A stretch of DNA of 64,000 nt from contig NC_091984.1 in assembly GCF_044704955.1 (NCBI RefSeq), positions 145,452,001-145,516,000 on the forward strand, written 5' to 3'. The number at the start of each line of letters is the position of its first letter. Within the stretch, counting starts at the first letter, position 1. Position numbers and translations under genes: made by a program. Under the pieces are notes generated by a model. The model had not been told where the DNA came from. It did not search any database and was given only the letters and a program-made list of their open reading frames with translations. Shown in pieces: positions 24,311-36,267 of the stretch. Origin of the DNA: Pristiophorus japonicus. Taxonomy: Eukaryota.

Positions 24311-24597
24311 ATAGTAGTCCATAGCTCTTTCAAAGAGCCAGCACAGGTTTGATGGGCCGAATGGCCTCCCTCTGAGCTGTGAGATGCTGTGATTAAGGAG
24401 CGGGGCTCCAACTCGCGTAGACAATGTGGGTGCAATTATTGAAAGCAGGGGTTTGGGTGGAGCACATATAGATGTACCACAAGGGAGCGCAACAGCATTG
24501 ATTGATCCAATTATTGGCAGCGGGGAAACCGGGGATGGAAATAGTTTCAATAAAATGTATGCTGCGACTTTTAAAGTGGTCAACACCACCAGCACGA

Positions 24598-25372
24598 TCA
24601 TAGAATCACAGAAAATTACAGCACGGAAGGAGGCCTTTCAGCCCATCGTGTCCGTGCCGGCCAACAAAGAGCTACCCAGCCTAATCCCACTTTCCAGCTC
24701 TGGGTCCGTAGCCCTGTGGGTTATGACACTTTAAGTGCACATCCAAGTACTTTTTAAATGTGGTGAGTGTTTCTGCCTCTACCACTCTTTCAGACAGTGA
24801 GTTCCAGACTCCCACCACCCTCTGGGTGAAGAATTGATTCCTCATCTCCCCTCTAAATCTTCCACCAATTACTTTAAATCTATGCCCCCTGGTTGTTGAC
24901 CCCTCTGCTAAGGAAAATGGGTCCACTCTATCCAGGTCCCTCATCATTTTATACACCTCAATAAGTTCTCCCCTCAGCCTCCTCTGTTCCAAGGAAAACA
25001 TCTCGAGCAGATCCAATCTTTCCTCATAGCTAAAATTCTCCAGTCCTGGCAACATCCTCGTGAATCTCTTCTGTACCCTCTCTCGTACAATCACATCTTT
25101 CCTGTAATGTAGTGACCAGAACTGCACGCAATACTCTAGCTGTGGCCGAACTAGTGTTTTATACATTTCAAGCATAACCTCCCGGCTCTTGTATTCTATG
25201 CCTCGGCTAACAAAGGCAAGTATTCCGTATGCCTTTTTAACCATCTTATCGACCTGGCCTGCTACCTTCAGGGATCTGTGGACCTGCACTCCAAGGTCCC
25301 TCCGTTCCTCCACCCCTCTCAGTACCCTCCCATTTATTGTGTATTCCCTTGCCTTGTTGCCCCTCCACAAAT
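24598..25372 (-). mobile_element. CR1 LINE 3' fragment
   Basis: ORF 24681-25475 contains RPQLEYCVQFWS, RRLRGELIEVYK and FFTQRVVGVWNSL. Confidence 0.9.
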
Positions 25373-25569
25373 GCATTCGAACAAGGCTGCAGTTAGAGCA
25401 GCCTTTCCACCCGCTGACAGCACTCACTGAGTCTGACTCATGGCATCGATCAGCTGGACATTGATCTGGAAACACCAGCCCCCTGTTGAGGGAATCAAGG
25501 CTCTGATGCGACTGATAAAAGTCAAGATGAGGTTGCGGAGAGGTACACAGCTGCTGCTGGTAACAATGA

Positions 25570-26002
25570 CCAGAAGGAGGCTATTCAGCCCCTCGAGCCT
25601 GTTCCCCCATTCAATCAGATCACGGCTCATCTGCATCTGAACTCCATCTACCCGCCTTGGTTCCACAAGTTCCAAGGCCTATACTCTCTAGAGTTTAGAA
25701 GAATAAGAGGTGATCCCATTGAAACATGCACAATTCTGACAGGGCTTGACAGGGTAGATGCAGGGAGGATGGTTCCTCTGGCTGGGGAGTCCAGAACCAG
25801 GGGTCACAGTCTCAGAATAAGGGGTTCGCCATTTCGGACTGAGATGAGGAGAAACCTCTTCATTCAGAGGGTGGTGAATCTCTGGAATTCTCTACCCCAG
25901 AGGGCTGTGGAGGCTCAGTCCTTGAGTATATTCAAGACGGAGATCGATAGATTTTTGAATATTAAGGGAATCAAGGGATCTGGGGGCAGTGCAGGAAAGT
26001 AG
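25570..26002 (+). mobile_element. CR1 3' fragments (short minus-strand tail followed by a plus-strand ORF2 end)
   Basis: SRTRGHSLRIRG..QRVVNLWNSLP. Confidence 0.75.
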
Positions 26003-26069
26003 CGGGGTGGGGGGGGCGCGGTGTGGCAGGACACGAAGCCTATTCGTGCGGGGGAGGGATTAATTCGCA

Positions 26070-26517
26070 CCTAGTCCCGCTCACCCATCACCCCCGCTGA
26101 CCGACATTAGCTTCCGGTTAAGCAGCGCCTCGATTTTTAAATTCCCATCCTTGTTTTCAAATCCCTCCATGACCTCGCCCCTCCCTATCTCTGTAATCTC
26201 CTCCAGCCCCACAATCCCCCGAGATGTCTGTGCTCCTCCAATTCTGCCCTCCTGAGCATCCCTGATTATAATCGCTCAACCATTGGTGGCTGTACCTTCT
26301 GTTGCCAAGACCCTCAGCTCTGGAACTCCCTCCCTAAACCTCTCCGCCTCTCTACCTCTCTTTCCTCCTTCAAGATGCTCTTTAAAACATACCTCTTTGG
26401 TCACCGACACTAATTTCTTCTGATGTGACTCTGTGTCAAATTTTGTATCTCAAATTTTGTGCCTTGGGACGTTTCTCTACGTTCAAGGTGCTATATAAAT
26501 ACAGGTTGTTGTTGTTG
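26070..26517 (+). mobile_element. L2 LINE 3' fragment
   Basis: Homologous to 15125-15592, with a (GTT)n tail. Confidence 0.85.
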
Positions 26518-26585
26518 AATTGAGGCAAAATCTGGTATTCTGGATGTCGCCGCTCCTTTTAACACCCTCTGCAAAGCACGCACAG

Positions 26586-27960
26586 CAAATGTAACGCCCC
26601 TATTTAAAAAAGGAGGCAGACAGAAAGCAGGAAACTATAGACCAGTTCGCCTAACATCTGTCGTTGGGAAAATGCTGGAGTCCATTATTAAGGAAGCAAT
26701 AGCAGGACATTTGGAAAAGCATACTTCAATCAAGCAGAGTCAGCATGGTTTTATGAAAGGGAAATCATGTTTGACACATTTGTTGGAATTCTTTGAGGAT
26801 GTAACAAGCAGGGTGGATAAAGGGGAAACAGTGGATGTGGTGTATTTGGATTTCCAGAAGGCATTTGATAAGGTGCCACATAAAAGACACAAGATAAAAG
26901 TTCACGGGGTTGGGGGTAATATATTAGCATGGATAGAGGATTGGCTAACTAACAGAAAACAGGGAGTCAGGATAAATGGGTCATTTTCCCTTTGGCAAAC
27001 AGTAACTAATGAGGTGCCACAGGGATCAATGCTGGGGCCTCAATTATTTGCAATCTCTATTAATGACAAAGGGACCGAGTGTAAAGTAACCAAGTTTGCT
27101 GGGAGGACAGAGGCACCAACATTATTGTCCTCGAACAGGCCAACATCCCCAGTATTGAAGCACTGACCACACTTGATCAGCTCCGCTGGGCAGGCCACAT
27201 TGTCCACATGCCAGACATGAGACTCCCAAAGCAAACGCTCTCCTCGGAACTCCTTCGCGGCAAACAAGCCAAAGGTGGGCAGAGGAATGTTACAAGGACA
27301 CACTAAAAGCCTCCCTGATAACGTGCAACATCCCCACTGACATCTGGGAGTCCCTGGCCAAAGACCTCCCTAAGTGGAGGAAGTGTATCCTGGAGGGCGC
27401 TGAGCACCTCAAGTCTCATCGCCGAGAGCATGCAGAACCCAAGCACAGGCAATGGAAGGAACACGCGTAAACCTGTCCCACCCTCCCTTACCCTCAACAA
27501 CTATATGTCCCACCTGTGGCACGGACTGTGGTTCTCGTATTGGACTGTTCAGCCACCTAAGGACTCATTCTACGAGTGGAAGCAAGTCTTCCTCGATTCC
27601 GAGGGACTGCCTATGATGATGGGTGGGAAAGCAAATTGTGAGGAGGATACAAAAAATCTGCAAAAGGGATATAGACAGGCAAAATGAGTGGGCAAAACGT
27701 TGGGAGATGGAGTATATTGTGGGAAAATGTGATGTAATCCACTTTGGCAGGAAAGCAATTTATTTTTTAATTGGAGAAAAATTGCAAACTGTTGCAGTAC
27801 AGAGGGACCTGGGTGTCCTGGTGCATGAAACACAAAAAGTTAGTATGCGGGTACAACAAGTGAACAGGAAGGAAAATGGAATATTAGCCTTTATTGTAAG
27901 GGGGATGGAGTATAAAAGTAGGGAAGTCCTGCTACATCTGTACAGGGTATTGGTGAGACC
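26586..27960 (+). mobile_element. CR1 ORF2 RT fragment
   Basis: QHGFMKGKSCLT, YLDFQKAFDKVPH and VPQGSMLGPQLF; interrupted by an RTE. Confidence 0.9.
27100..27621 (+). mobile_element. RTE-clade LINE 3' end nested in CR1
   Basis: Encodes QLRWAGHIVHMPDMRLPKQ and a C-terminal Cys/His remnant, with an (ATG)n tail. Confidence 0.8.
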
Positions 27961-28154
27961 CCCTGAGAACCCCCCCCGATCGTCCAGATTCCCTCCCGTT
28001 CCCACAAGGTCAGCCCCCGATCACTCCCCTTGGTCTACCCCCCACTCCCCAACCCTCCTCCCCCCAACCCCCTAACGACCCCCGACTCCACCAGGAGCTG
28101 GAGCATCACCGCGGAGCTCTCCTCAGGCCGACATAACAGTGCTGGATAACATTC

Positions 28155-28465
28155 ACTAACACACACACACACACCTACAGACAGTGCTGGGTAACAGTCA
28201 CACACACACACACGTACACAGAAAGTGCTGGGTAACAGTCACACACAGAGACACACACCTACANNNNNNNNNNNNNNNNNNNNNNNNNNNNNNNNNNNNN
28301 NNNNNNNNNNNNNNNNNNNNNNNNNNNNNNNNNNNNNNNNNNNNNNNNNNNNNNNNNNNNNNNNNNNNNNNNNNNNNNNNNNNNNNNNNNNNNNNNNNNN
28401 NNNNNNNNNNNNNNNNNNNCAGTCACACACCACACCTACAGGCGGTACTGGGTAACACACACTAA
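28155..28465. repeat. CA-rich minisatellite (CAGTGCTGGGTAACAGTCACACAC...) spanning an assembly gap (N 28264-28419)
   Basis: The same unit is present on both sides of the 156 N. Confidence 0.85.
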
Positions 28466-28962
28466 CACTCAGGGATATGTACACGGTAATACACTGACTG
28501 CTCCTCTCCCTAAGCTGAGGCCTCACTCAGTACAGTTTTGTGCTGCTGCCACGAGCCACACGTTAAGGAGAGAGAATGCAACGTTGTGACTGTGGCCTCC
28601 TGCCCCCAGATTGTCCCCAGCAGTCAGCACAGAGTGCACAGTGCGATCCCACCATCGGGGGCTGCCCCAACACCCCCAGTGTGCAGAGTGAGAGCCAATG
28701 CTCAGCCTGGGAGGGTTTAACCCCAGCAGCTTTTAGTGTCTCTGTGTTTAATCTTGTGCACTCCAGGGGTTCGAGGTCAAATTGGTCGTTTTAAAATGAT
28801 TGAAAAATTGGCTTTGAATCAAATCTCCTGCTGATGTGCCATTGATTGACAGCCAACCCAGCCAATCAGGACAGACACTTACTGAAATGCAGCCAATCCA
28901 GCTGAGGGGGAGGTGGGACATTTCCAAAGCACTCGCCAGACACAGACTGAATATTCTTCACG

Positions 28963-29063
28963 TTTATTGCCTTTTACAGATTCACATTTACAGAAACAAG
29001 ACTTGAATAAACAGCCCAGCGAGAGCGAGCTGGAGACATTCACAGGGAGAATGCAGCTTTATT
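28963..29063 (-). terminator. Two candidate polyadenylation signals (AATAAA) for the Ig kappa C transcript
   Basis: Plus-strand TTTATT at 29058-29063 and 28963-28968, about 500-600 nt after the stop codon. Confidence 0.5.
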
Positions 29064-29258
29064 AAAACAGTTGTGGGGATTTTCTCCACACCGTGAGAAT
29101 CCTGTCCCTTTAAACGGGGACAAAACCTTGAATTGTAACAGCAGGGTGAGCAGGGAGGGGGTCTGCTTACTGAAGCGGCACTTCGCAGTTTAACATTAGT
29201 TTTACTCTGCTGACAGTCTTCAACATCTTCGAGAGGTTTTACTTGGCAGCACGAGTCA

Positions 29259-29402
29259 ACACTGCCCCATCAAACCCTCCCAGGGCAGGTGCAGCATGGG
29301 TTAGATACAGAGTAAAGCTCCCTCTACACTGTCCCATCAAACCCTCCCAGGGCAGGTGCAGCATGGGTTAGATACAGAGTAAAGCTCCCTTGACACTGCC
29401 CC
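29259..29402. repeat. ~67-bp direct duplication in the Ig C 3' UTR
   Basis: CCCATCAAACCCTCCCAGGGCAGGTGCAGCATGGGTTAGATACAGAGTAAAGCTCCCT occurs twice. Confidence 0.85.
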
Positions 29403-29559
29403 AATAAAGTGCCTTACACCCTGACCCTCAGATGTTTTCCCTGACCCAGTCCCGAGAAGGAAGAGAGTAGAAATGAAGTGCTAAAGTGACCTTTGCCCTC
29501 CCGGCTCACCCCCTGTTCTATTTAAAGTTGCGTCTCCCCCCCGGACTGTCCCTGACACA

Positions 29560-29888
29560 CTACGCACATTCTGCTCTCCTGACCCCCTTGCTGAGGGGAG
29601 AGGAGAGGCTCTCGTGGGTGAGGCTGCAGGAGAAGCTGGCGTTGGACTCCCAGTCGGAGCCAGAGAGGGTCAGCAGGCTGCTGACACTGTAAGTGTTGTC
29701 CGAAGCTCGCAGGTAGTCGCTGGTCTGGACCCCGGCCGAAATGGTCTCCCCGTCCTTCTTCCACTCCACCTCCACCGCATCGGGGTAGAAATGATCGGCG
29801 AGGCACACCAGGGTTGCAGTGCCCTTGGTCGTGACCTCCTCCGGGGAGGGGGGCAGCAGGGTCAGCGTGGGTGGTGTCTTCCCTCGGC
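29560..29888 (-). CDS. IGKC: Immunoglobulin light-chain constant exon, kappa (shark type III/NS4-like), intact
   Basis: A polypyrimidine tract and AG acceptor at 29890-29889 (phase 1) precede RGKTPPTLTLLPPSPEEVTTKGTATLVCLADHFYPDAVEVEWKKDG...SDNTYSVSSLLTLSGSDWESNASFSCSLTHESLSSPLSKGVRRAECA*. It has the C1-set Cys/Trp/Cys pattern and a penultimate interchain Cys, and closely resembles remembered nurse shark kappa C. Confidence 0.93.
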
Positions 29889-30460
29889 CTGAAAGGGAGG
29901 AGAAGGATGTTTAATAGGTGTATATTAATGTGTGTGTGTGTGTGTGTCACTGTGGGTGTTTCCGTGAGAGTGCGCTTAAGTGCGTGTGCGTGGCCTTCTA
30001 GGCGAGCCGTACCCAGGAACCGCGATTCACCGGCAACTGTCTGAAGGGATTGGTGAGCATAGCCCCTGAACCCTCAGAGCTCTAACTTAGTTAGTTAGGG
30101 GAATTGGGAGGGGGGAGGCTGGGATAACTTGTGTAAATGTATCTGCATTCTCCTCTTCACCCCATTTAGAGTTTAAGCTGTATTCTTTTCCCCACAGGCT
30201 GTAATTTGACATTTTATTCAATGTGTTGTACCCCTCAGTGTGTATTGGTCTGTGTGTGTTATTAAAGGTGTGCCTTTTACTTCTTTTTAAACACAATAAA
30301 GCCATACCTGCTTCCTACCTTGAAACCGATTGTCTGTCCAAGTCTGTCACAGTCCCTTCATAATTCCAGTGTCTAGAACCAAGGGTGTGGGAGCGATTCG
30401 GAACCGTTCATATAAGGTCAGAAGGGAAAGCTTACCCTCTGCAAACCACCCCTTACATAA

Positions 30461-30478
30461 TGGCAACCCAGATGGGAC
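30461..30478 (+). promoter_or_regulatory. Primer-binding site, tRNA-Arg(CCG) type
   Basis: TGGCAACCCAGATGGGAC lies 3 nt after the LTR end ...TTACA. It matches 17/18 with the complement of the recalled tRNA-Arg(CCG) 3' end GTCCCATCTGGGTCGCCA. Confidence 0.8.
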
Positions 30479-30530
30479 ACTGGTACAATGGACGTGATAA
30501 GAGAGAGGCTGGTTTCAGGAAACGAAGCAA

Positions 30531-32165
30531 AATGGAAGAGGAGATTTCCTCGTATGTGTTTAAGAGGGTAAATGTGGCTAAGGAGTGGGTACTTGATCTA
30601 TTGTATGCTGAGCATCCAGAAGATGCTGCAGCTCAATGGACCGAGAGCAAGGACCATAAAAAGTCGACAGAGAAGGCCATTTGGCTAATTTGCCTTCAGC
30701 AACAGATCCGGCTTCTCGATGAGGAGAATGAGAAATTAAAGGGAGTATTGAGACAGGCAGAAGAGAGGTCCAGCGCAAGGGCCACAGTCGGGGAAAGGCT
30801 GTGGACAGAGGTGGGACAGTTAAAAGAAAGTAGAGAGCTCACTAAAGAAAGGCACAAAACCCAATTGGACCATTTACAGTGTCAGATTATTGAAGCCAAG
30901 AATAGCGAACTGGCATTGCGGGAAGAGAATCCCTGCCTCGCCAAGCAAGCTAAAGAGTACGGGCAGAGGGTGAGAAACATTCAGGTAGCCTATAAGGTAG
31001 CCAGTACCAGGGAATTTGAGGCAGGAGACCACGGCCCCTGCCAGCAGCAGATCCAAAGCTTGAACCTTGCTCTATCCCAGGCTAAAGGCATGGTGTGCCT
31101 GATAAACCCGGGTTTAGCCCAGAAACACCTGGTTGAGCAAGGAGAAACCCCTCAGTCACCGCCTGCAGCTCCCAGGAATGGCCCTGGGCAGCAGAGGTGT
31201 CAGCCAGAGTGCGGGGCAGGCAAGGATTACACCGGCATTCCCGAGTTTTAACTCAGCTTGGCAGCAGGGGAAAGAGGGCGAGCCAATACAAGAAGGGCCG
31301 GAACCAGGGCCAATGCACCCAGTCCGGCAGCAGAAGTTTGGCCCACCTGATGCCAATGGGGCAGCAGGACCCCTAGAAAGCAACTTCGTAGTCCCCCACG
31401 ACACCCAAAAACTGAGGGCTATGATAGGCCACCTAAGTAAGCTCACCCAACAGAGGGATCCCTTGGTACACTTCCTGGAAGTGGAACACACAGGGAATAT
31501 TAATGGGTGCGATGATTCAGAGCAGGCGAAGCTGTTGCTCTTCTCACTAGACACCAAGCTGTGCCATTCCCTCTCTGCAGACAGCAGAAAGGGGCGAAAC
31601 ACGTACGCTACGGTTAAGGAGGAGGTTCTAGAGGCCATAGGTATGAACGACGGGAGTCCTTTCTCCCGAGTGGAGAAAACAGTGCAGCTCTATGGGGAGA
31701 CTCCACAGGCTTTCGCCGACAGGTTGTGGCCGGTCTACGAAAGGGCCTGTAGTGGGGTTCTTGACCGGGCCCACCTGACCCCTAATGAGCTGGCTCACTG
31801 GCTCCGCAGCCTGGTGGCAAACAGCTTACCTGGAGTAAAGGCAAAAGCCCAGGTCTGGTTCGATCCAAGAGATCCCAGAACCACCGAGTAGACAGTGGTT
31901 AGACAGTTGACCCTGGCTTACTGGAACGGTAGAGGGACAGAGGAGCCCTCCTCTAAAGAGAGGGTCCATGAGATAAAACCCAGCCAAGGCAAGAGAGAGT
32001 GGCATCAGGAAGGTGGGAACCCTCCCCATAAAGGGGACAAGTGTTTTGGGTGTGGGAAAAGTGGGCACTGGAGGAAGGACTGTAGGAACCCATGGAAAGA
32101 GACTAAGGGAAAGGCCACTTCAGCCCCAACCCATAAGGCCGGGGCAGGAACACCGAGTACGATGC
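30531..32165 (+). pseudogene. gag of element C
   Basis: MEEEISSYVFKR.. coiled coil, then the capsid-like ORF 31133-31891 and the zinc knuckle CFGCGKSGHWRKDC. One frameshift and an in-frame stop are present. Confidence 0.85.
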
Positions 32166-32187
32166 CTGGACGAGACCGTGCGTTACG

Positions 32188-35100
32188 ATGGAGGTGGAGA
32201 AAGTGAAAGGGACCTACCTGCTAGATACTGGTGCTTCCAGCCCCCTTGTATATGCAGATAACCCAGCTATCTCACCTCTATCGAACGGGGTCCCGTACAG
32301 TCTCGTGGGGTTCACAGGCAATGAGCAAACTGGTTCGTTTTCCATCCTGCTCACCATTCAGTTAGGGACACTCAAAACCAAATGGAAGTGTGTCCTGATG
32401 AAATGGGAGCAGAAGGGAAAAGGGATCCTGGGGGCTGATTTTATCATTGGCCACCAGATCCTAGTGGATCTCAGGAACCACTGTCTATGGGGAGCCATAG
32501 TGACTGACAGGGAAGGTGAGGTGGCGGTGATCCCAGAAAAAGGGGCCAAGGGAACATTGTGTACCGTGAAGCCAAAGGAGGGTTATGACTTGGAATTACT
32601 GGTCAGTAACACCCCAGTGGAGTACCAGGCATATGTACGGGCACACCTTGCAGCATTCGCCACCCACAAACATGACTGTGGCAGGGTAACGGGGGTGGAA
32701 GTTAGTATAAAAGGGGACCCCATGACCCGACCACAAAAGCAATATAACTTCCCCAAGGAGGCAGAGGCAGACCTGACAACAGCGCTGGGATTACTGGTAG
32801 AGCAAGGGGTGTTAAGACCGATAGCAACCCATGTGAACTCTCCACAACTCATGGAGGGCCACCGTGGACTATCGAGTACTAAATAAGAATATCCCTGCCT
32901 GTGCACCCACTGTAGCAGCCGTAGCGGATCTCATGGGAGTATTCCAGCATCCGCGACCACTTTCACAGTGCTGGACATTTCAAATGGGTTCTGGTCCATT
33001 TCTTTAAAACGGGAGGACCAGTACAAGTTCACCTTTACCTTTAAGGGCCAACAATACACGTGGAACTGTCTTCCCCAAGGCTTCCACAACAGCTCCAGCA
33101 TTTTTCACCAATGTATGGCGAACTGTTTAAAGGGCTTTAGCAGACCCCAGCAGTTGGTGCAGTATGTGGATGACCTGCTCCTGTTCACCGATCAGGGGGA
33201 GGAGCATGACCCACTGCTGGCTGAGCTGCTGGAGCTGCTAAAAGAAGAAGGATTTAAAGTAAACCCCAATAAGGCACAGGTCGGCCAGAAGGAAGTCAAA
33301 TTCCTGGGGTTGACTCCGCGCTGGGGAAAGGACCATAGACAAGGCAAGAAGGGAGGCAGTACAAGAGTTACCAGCCCCCAACACAGTGACAGGGGTAAGA
33401 TCCTTTCTAGGACTCACCGGGTACTGCAGAGACTTCATTGAGGATTATGCAGCCACTGCAGCCCCTCTGCTCAGGCTCCTACACAAGGGTGTAGAGTGGG
33501 ACTGGAATGAGGGTTGCGAGGCAGCATTTAATCAGCTGAAGAAGAACTTGCAGACCGCGCCAGCCTTAGGAACGATAGATGTAGGAAAGGAGTTTTTCCT
33601 GGAGGTGGCAGCCAGCGGGGACAGTTTGAGCTCAGTGCTGCTTCAAGAGCGGCACGGCCAGCTGAGACTGGTGGTTTACTCCTCCAGGATCCTCACAGAT
33701 GTGGAAAAGGGGTACTCCAACTGTGAGAGACACTCCTAGCCACACATTGGGCAGTGAAAAGATCCTTGATCTTCACGGGAGGGTCTCCTCTTACACTCCT
33801 AACCCACCACACACCTACTCAGATGCTCCTAGATGGGAGGATTAAGGACGGGACGGTGAGCAGTGCCCGCATTGCTCGCTGGACACTGCTCCTCTCCCAG
33901 ATGGACCACAGAGTAGAAGGCCCCCGTGAGCCAATGCTCGCAGCCAACCTAATCTATCCAGGGAAAGCCCACAGGTGCTCCATTGAAGGGTTATGGGAGG
34001 TGAACATTGGCCTTCGGGCGGGGTTACACCCTACGGGCCGGGACATCTACGTGGACGGGTCCAGCACGGTATCTGTTGGCGAATGACTCACTGGGTGCGG
34101 AGTTTACGACCCAAGGGCAGGTATTGCCCTGGCAATCAAGCTCCCCAGCACCATGAGCGCCCAGCATGCTGAACTTTCCGCCGTAATGTACGTGGTGACC
34201 CACCCCGAGGAATTCCCTACCCCGTACACGATTTGCTCGGACAGTATGTTCACCTACAATTCATATACGGAGTACCTGGCTATCTGGTCCCATCGCGGAT
34301 ACACGTCCGCTGACGGGAGACCCCTGGCAATCAAGCCCCTGCTGGAGAAAATCATGACAGCGGTGGGGGAAGAGGGAAAGGTCTACATACATAAGGTGAA
34401 GGCCCATTCAAAAACCGAACCCCGTGCAGAGGGAAACCAACAGGCTGACAAACTGGCCAAAGAAGGTGCCCGCACGGGAAAGTTCTGGGACCCCTATGAC
34501 ACCGGCCGCATAGCAGCGGTCAAGAATAAGAACAGGGCAGCAGAGAGTACAGGGACAGCCTTGGCCCCGGACTTAAAAACAGTTCAGGCACAGGACCCAG
34601 TCCTGAAAGCTGTCCTGAATGCGCTAGCTAGAGGAGAGAGAGTAGAAGGTCCGTACGGCACAGCAGCCATTACCGTTAAGGAAGGCATGCTGTTTAAAGA
34701 GGGACAATGGGTCGTGCCACAGCAGCACCAGAGGGAATTCCTAAAACTGGCCCATGAGGGTCCAGGACCGGGACACCCCGGGCCTGAGACCACCTGGCAA
34801 CGGGTGGAACAGGCAGGATGGTGGCCGGGACTCAGGGAGGACATGCGCGAGTTCTGTGCGAACTGCCTGTTGTGTGCTGCGAACAACCCTGACCACCAGA
34901 AAAGGAAGGTGTCCCTAGGAAACGTCAGGAGGGTAGAGGGACCATGGCAGTCAATCCAAATTGACTGCATCGGGCCCCTACACACTGCCCAGGGAGGCTA
35001 CAAATACTGCCTCGTCCTGGTGGACTTGTTCTCAAAATGGGTTGAAGCCTTCCCCTGCTGAACAGCCACCGCACTAGGGACAGCTAAGATTCTAGTGAGG

Positions 35101-36267
35101 GAAGTGTTCTCCCGGTGGGGACTTCCACAGTATGTGGAGTCGGACCAGGGGAGCCATTTCACCGGGCAGGTAATGCAGGCAACCCTTAAGGTGCTCGGCA
35201 TTGAGGGGAAATGGCACGTTGCCCACAATCCACAGTCACCTGGTATTGTGGAGCGTTTAAACCGCACCATTAAAGAAAGGCTGCGGAAGGAAACGGGAGA
35301 CTCGCCCCAAAAGTGGGTAGAGGTCTTACCGTTGGTCCTAATGGGGATCCGAGCCAGTCAGTCAAAGAGCACGGGGTATTCCCCATATGAGCTCATGACT
35401 GGCTGGATCATGCGGACCCCCACCCATGTCCTAGCCCCGGTGCTCACAGAAGGTCAGCTCAGAGAGGTGAACTGCGACCGGTTTGTCAGGAACCTGTTTG
35501 AACACCTCAAACAGATTCACTGGCAGGCTGCTAGTAACATGGGCAGACAGCATCAGAGTAACCGATTGCTGCTAGAACCCAGCAAACACCACGAATGGGA
35601 GATAGGGGACCAGGTCATGGTGAGGAACTATGCTCGGGTCGGGGTTTTTGAAGCATTATATATGGGGCCATACAGCATTGTGGACAAGGCAAGCCCGATG
35701 GTCTATGCCATAAAGCTGCCCTGCCGTACTAAGTGGTTCCACATCAACCAGTGCAAGCTGTACAACCCAGGGTCAGCCAACCACAGAGGACAGCCGGGAC
35801 GGGTGAACTATCCTCAGGACAGGGACCCTCCGTTGGCCGCCCCCGACAGTGGAGGGCCCACAGGGAATGTGGCAGGCTCAGAAACCATGCCTATAGGGGC
35901 GGTGAATTGCAGTACTGGAGGGGCTATCCCACCCATCGTTTGGGATTCGGACGCACTCCCAGTAACCCAAGCCCTGAGAAGGACCCTCCATACGCCACGG
36001 CCAAAGATACCGCGGTCACCGGCATCTGAGCCTCAGCGATTCTACCCTAGGAGAAGGGCAGCCCGACAGGAAAGGCCGAAGATCAGAAGTACAGAGGCCG
36101 CTCAGAGTAGGGACCACCAGCCAGCCGCCTCCAGCGGTGAGGGTCTCACAGGAGCAGTAGCAACGAGCTTTCCCAGAGACAAGGGTTTCCAGCTCACCGG
36201 CTGCGGGGAAACCCTCGCACCCAGGCAGCTATCAGGCCGCACAAGGCATGGGCCTGACAGGGACTAA
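32188..36267 (+). pseudogene. pol of element C (PR-RT-tether-RNase H-IN)
   Basis: Motifs: LLDTGAS; RPQKQYNFP; LDISNGFW; LPQGFHNS; YVDD; FFLEVAASG; IYVDGSS..SAQHAEL..CSDS..KVKAHS..GNQQADKLAK; HHCC; IQID / ESDQG / VERLN; MGPY. Confidence 0.93.

Noticed and set aside
28184-28526. ORFs spanning X residues
   Set aside because: Artefacts of the N gap at 28264-28419.
29522-29950. 142-aa ORF overlapping the Ig C exon
   Set aside because: Alternative frame of the GC-rich exon, starting in a TG microsatellite. The Ig frame explains the sequence.
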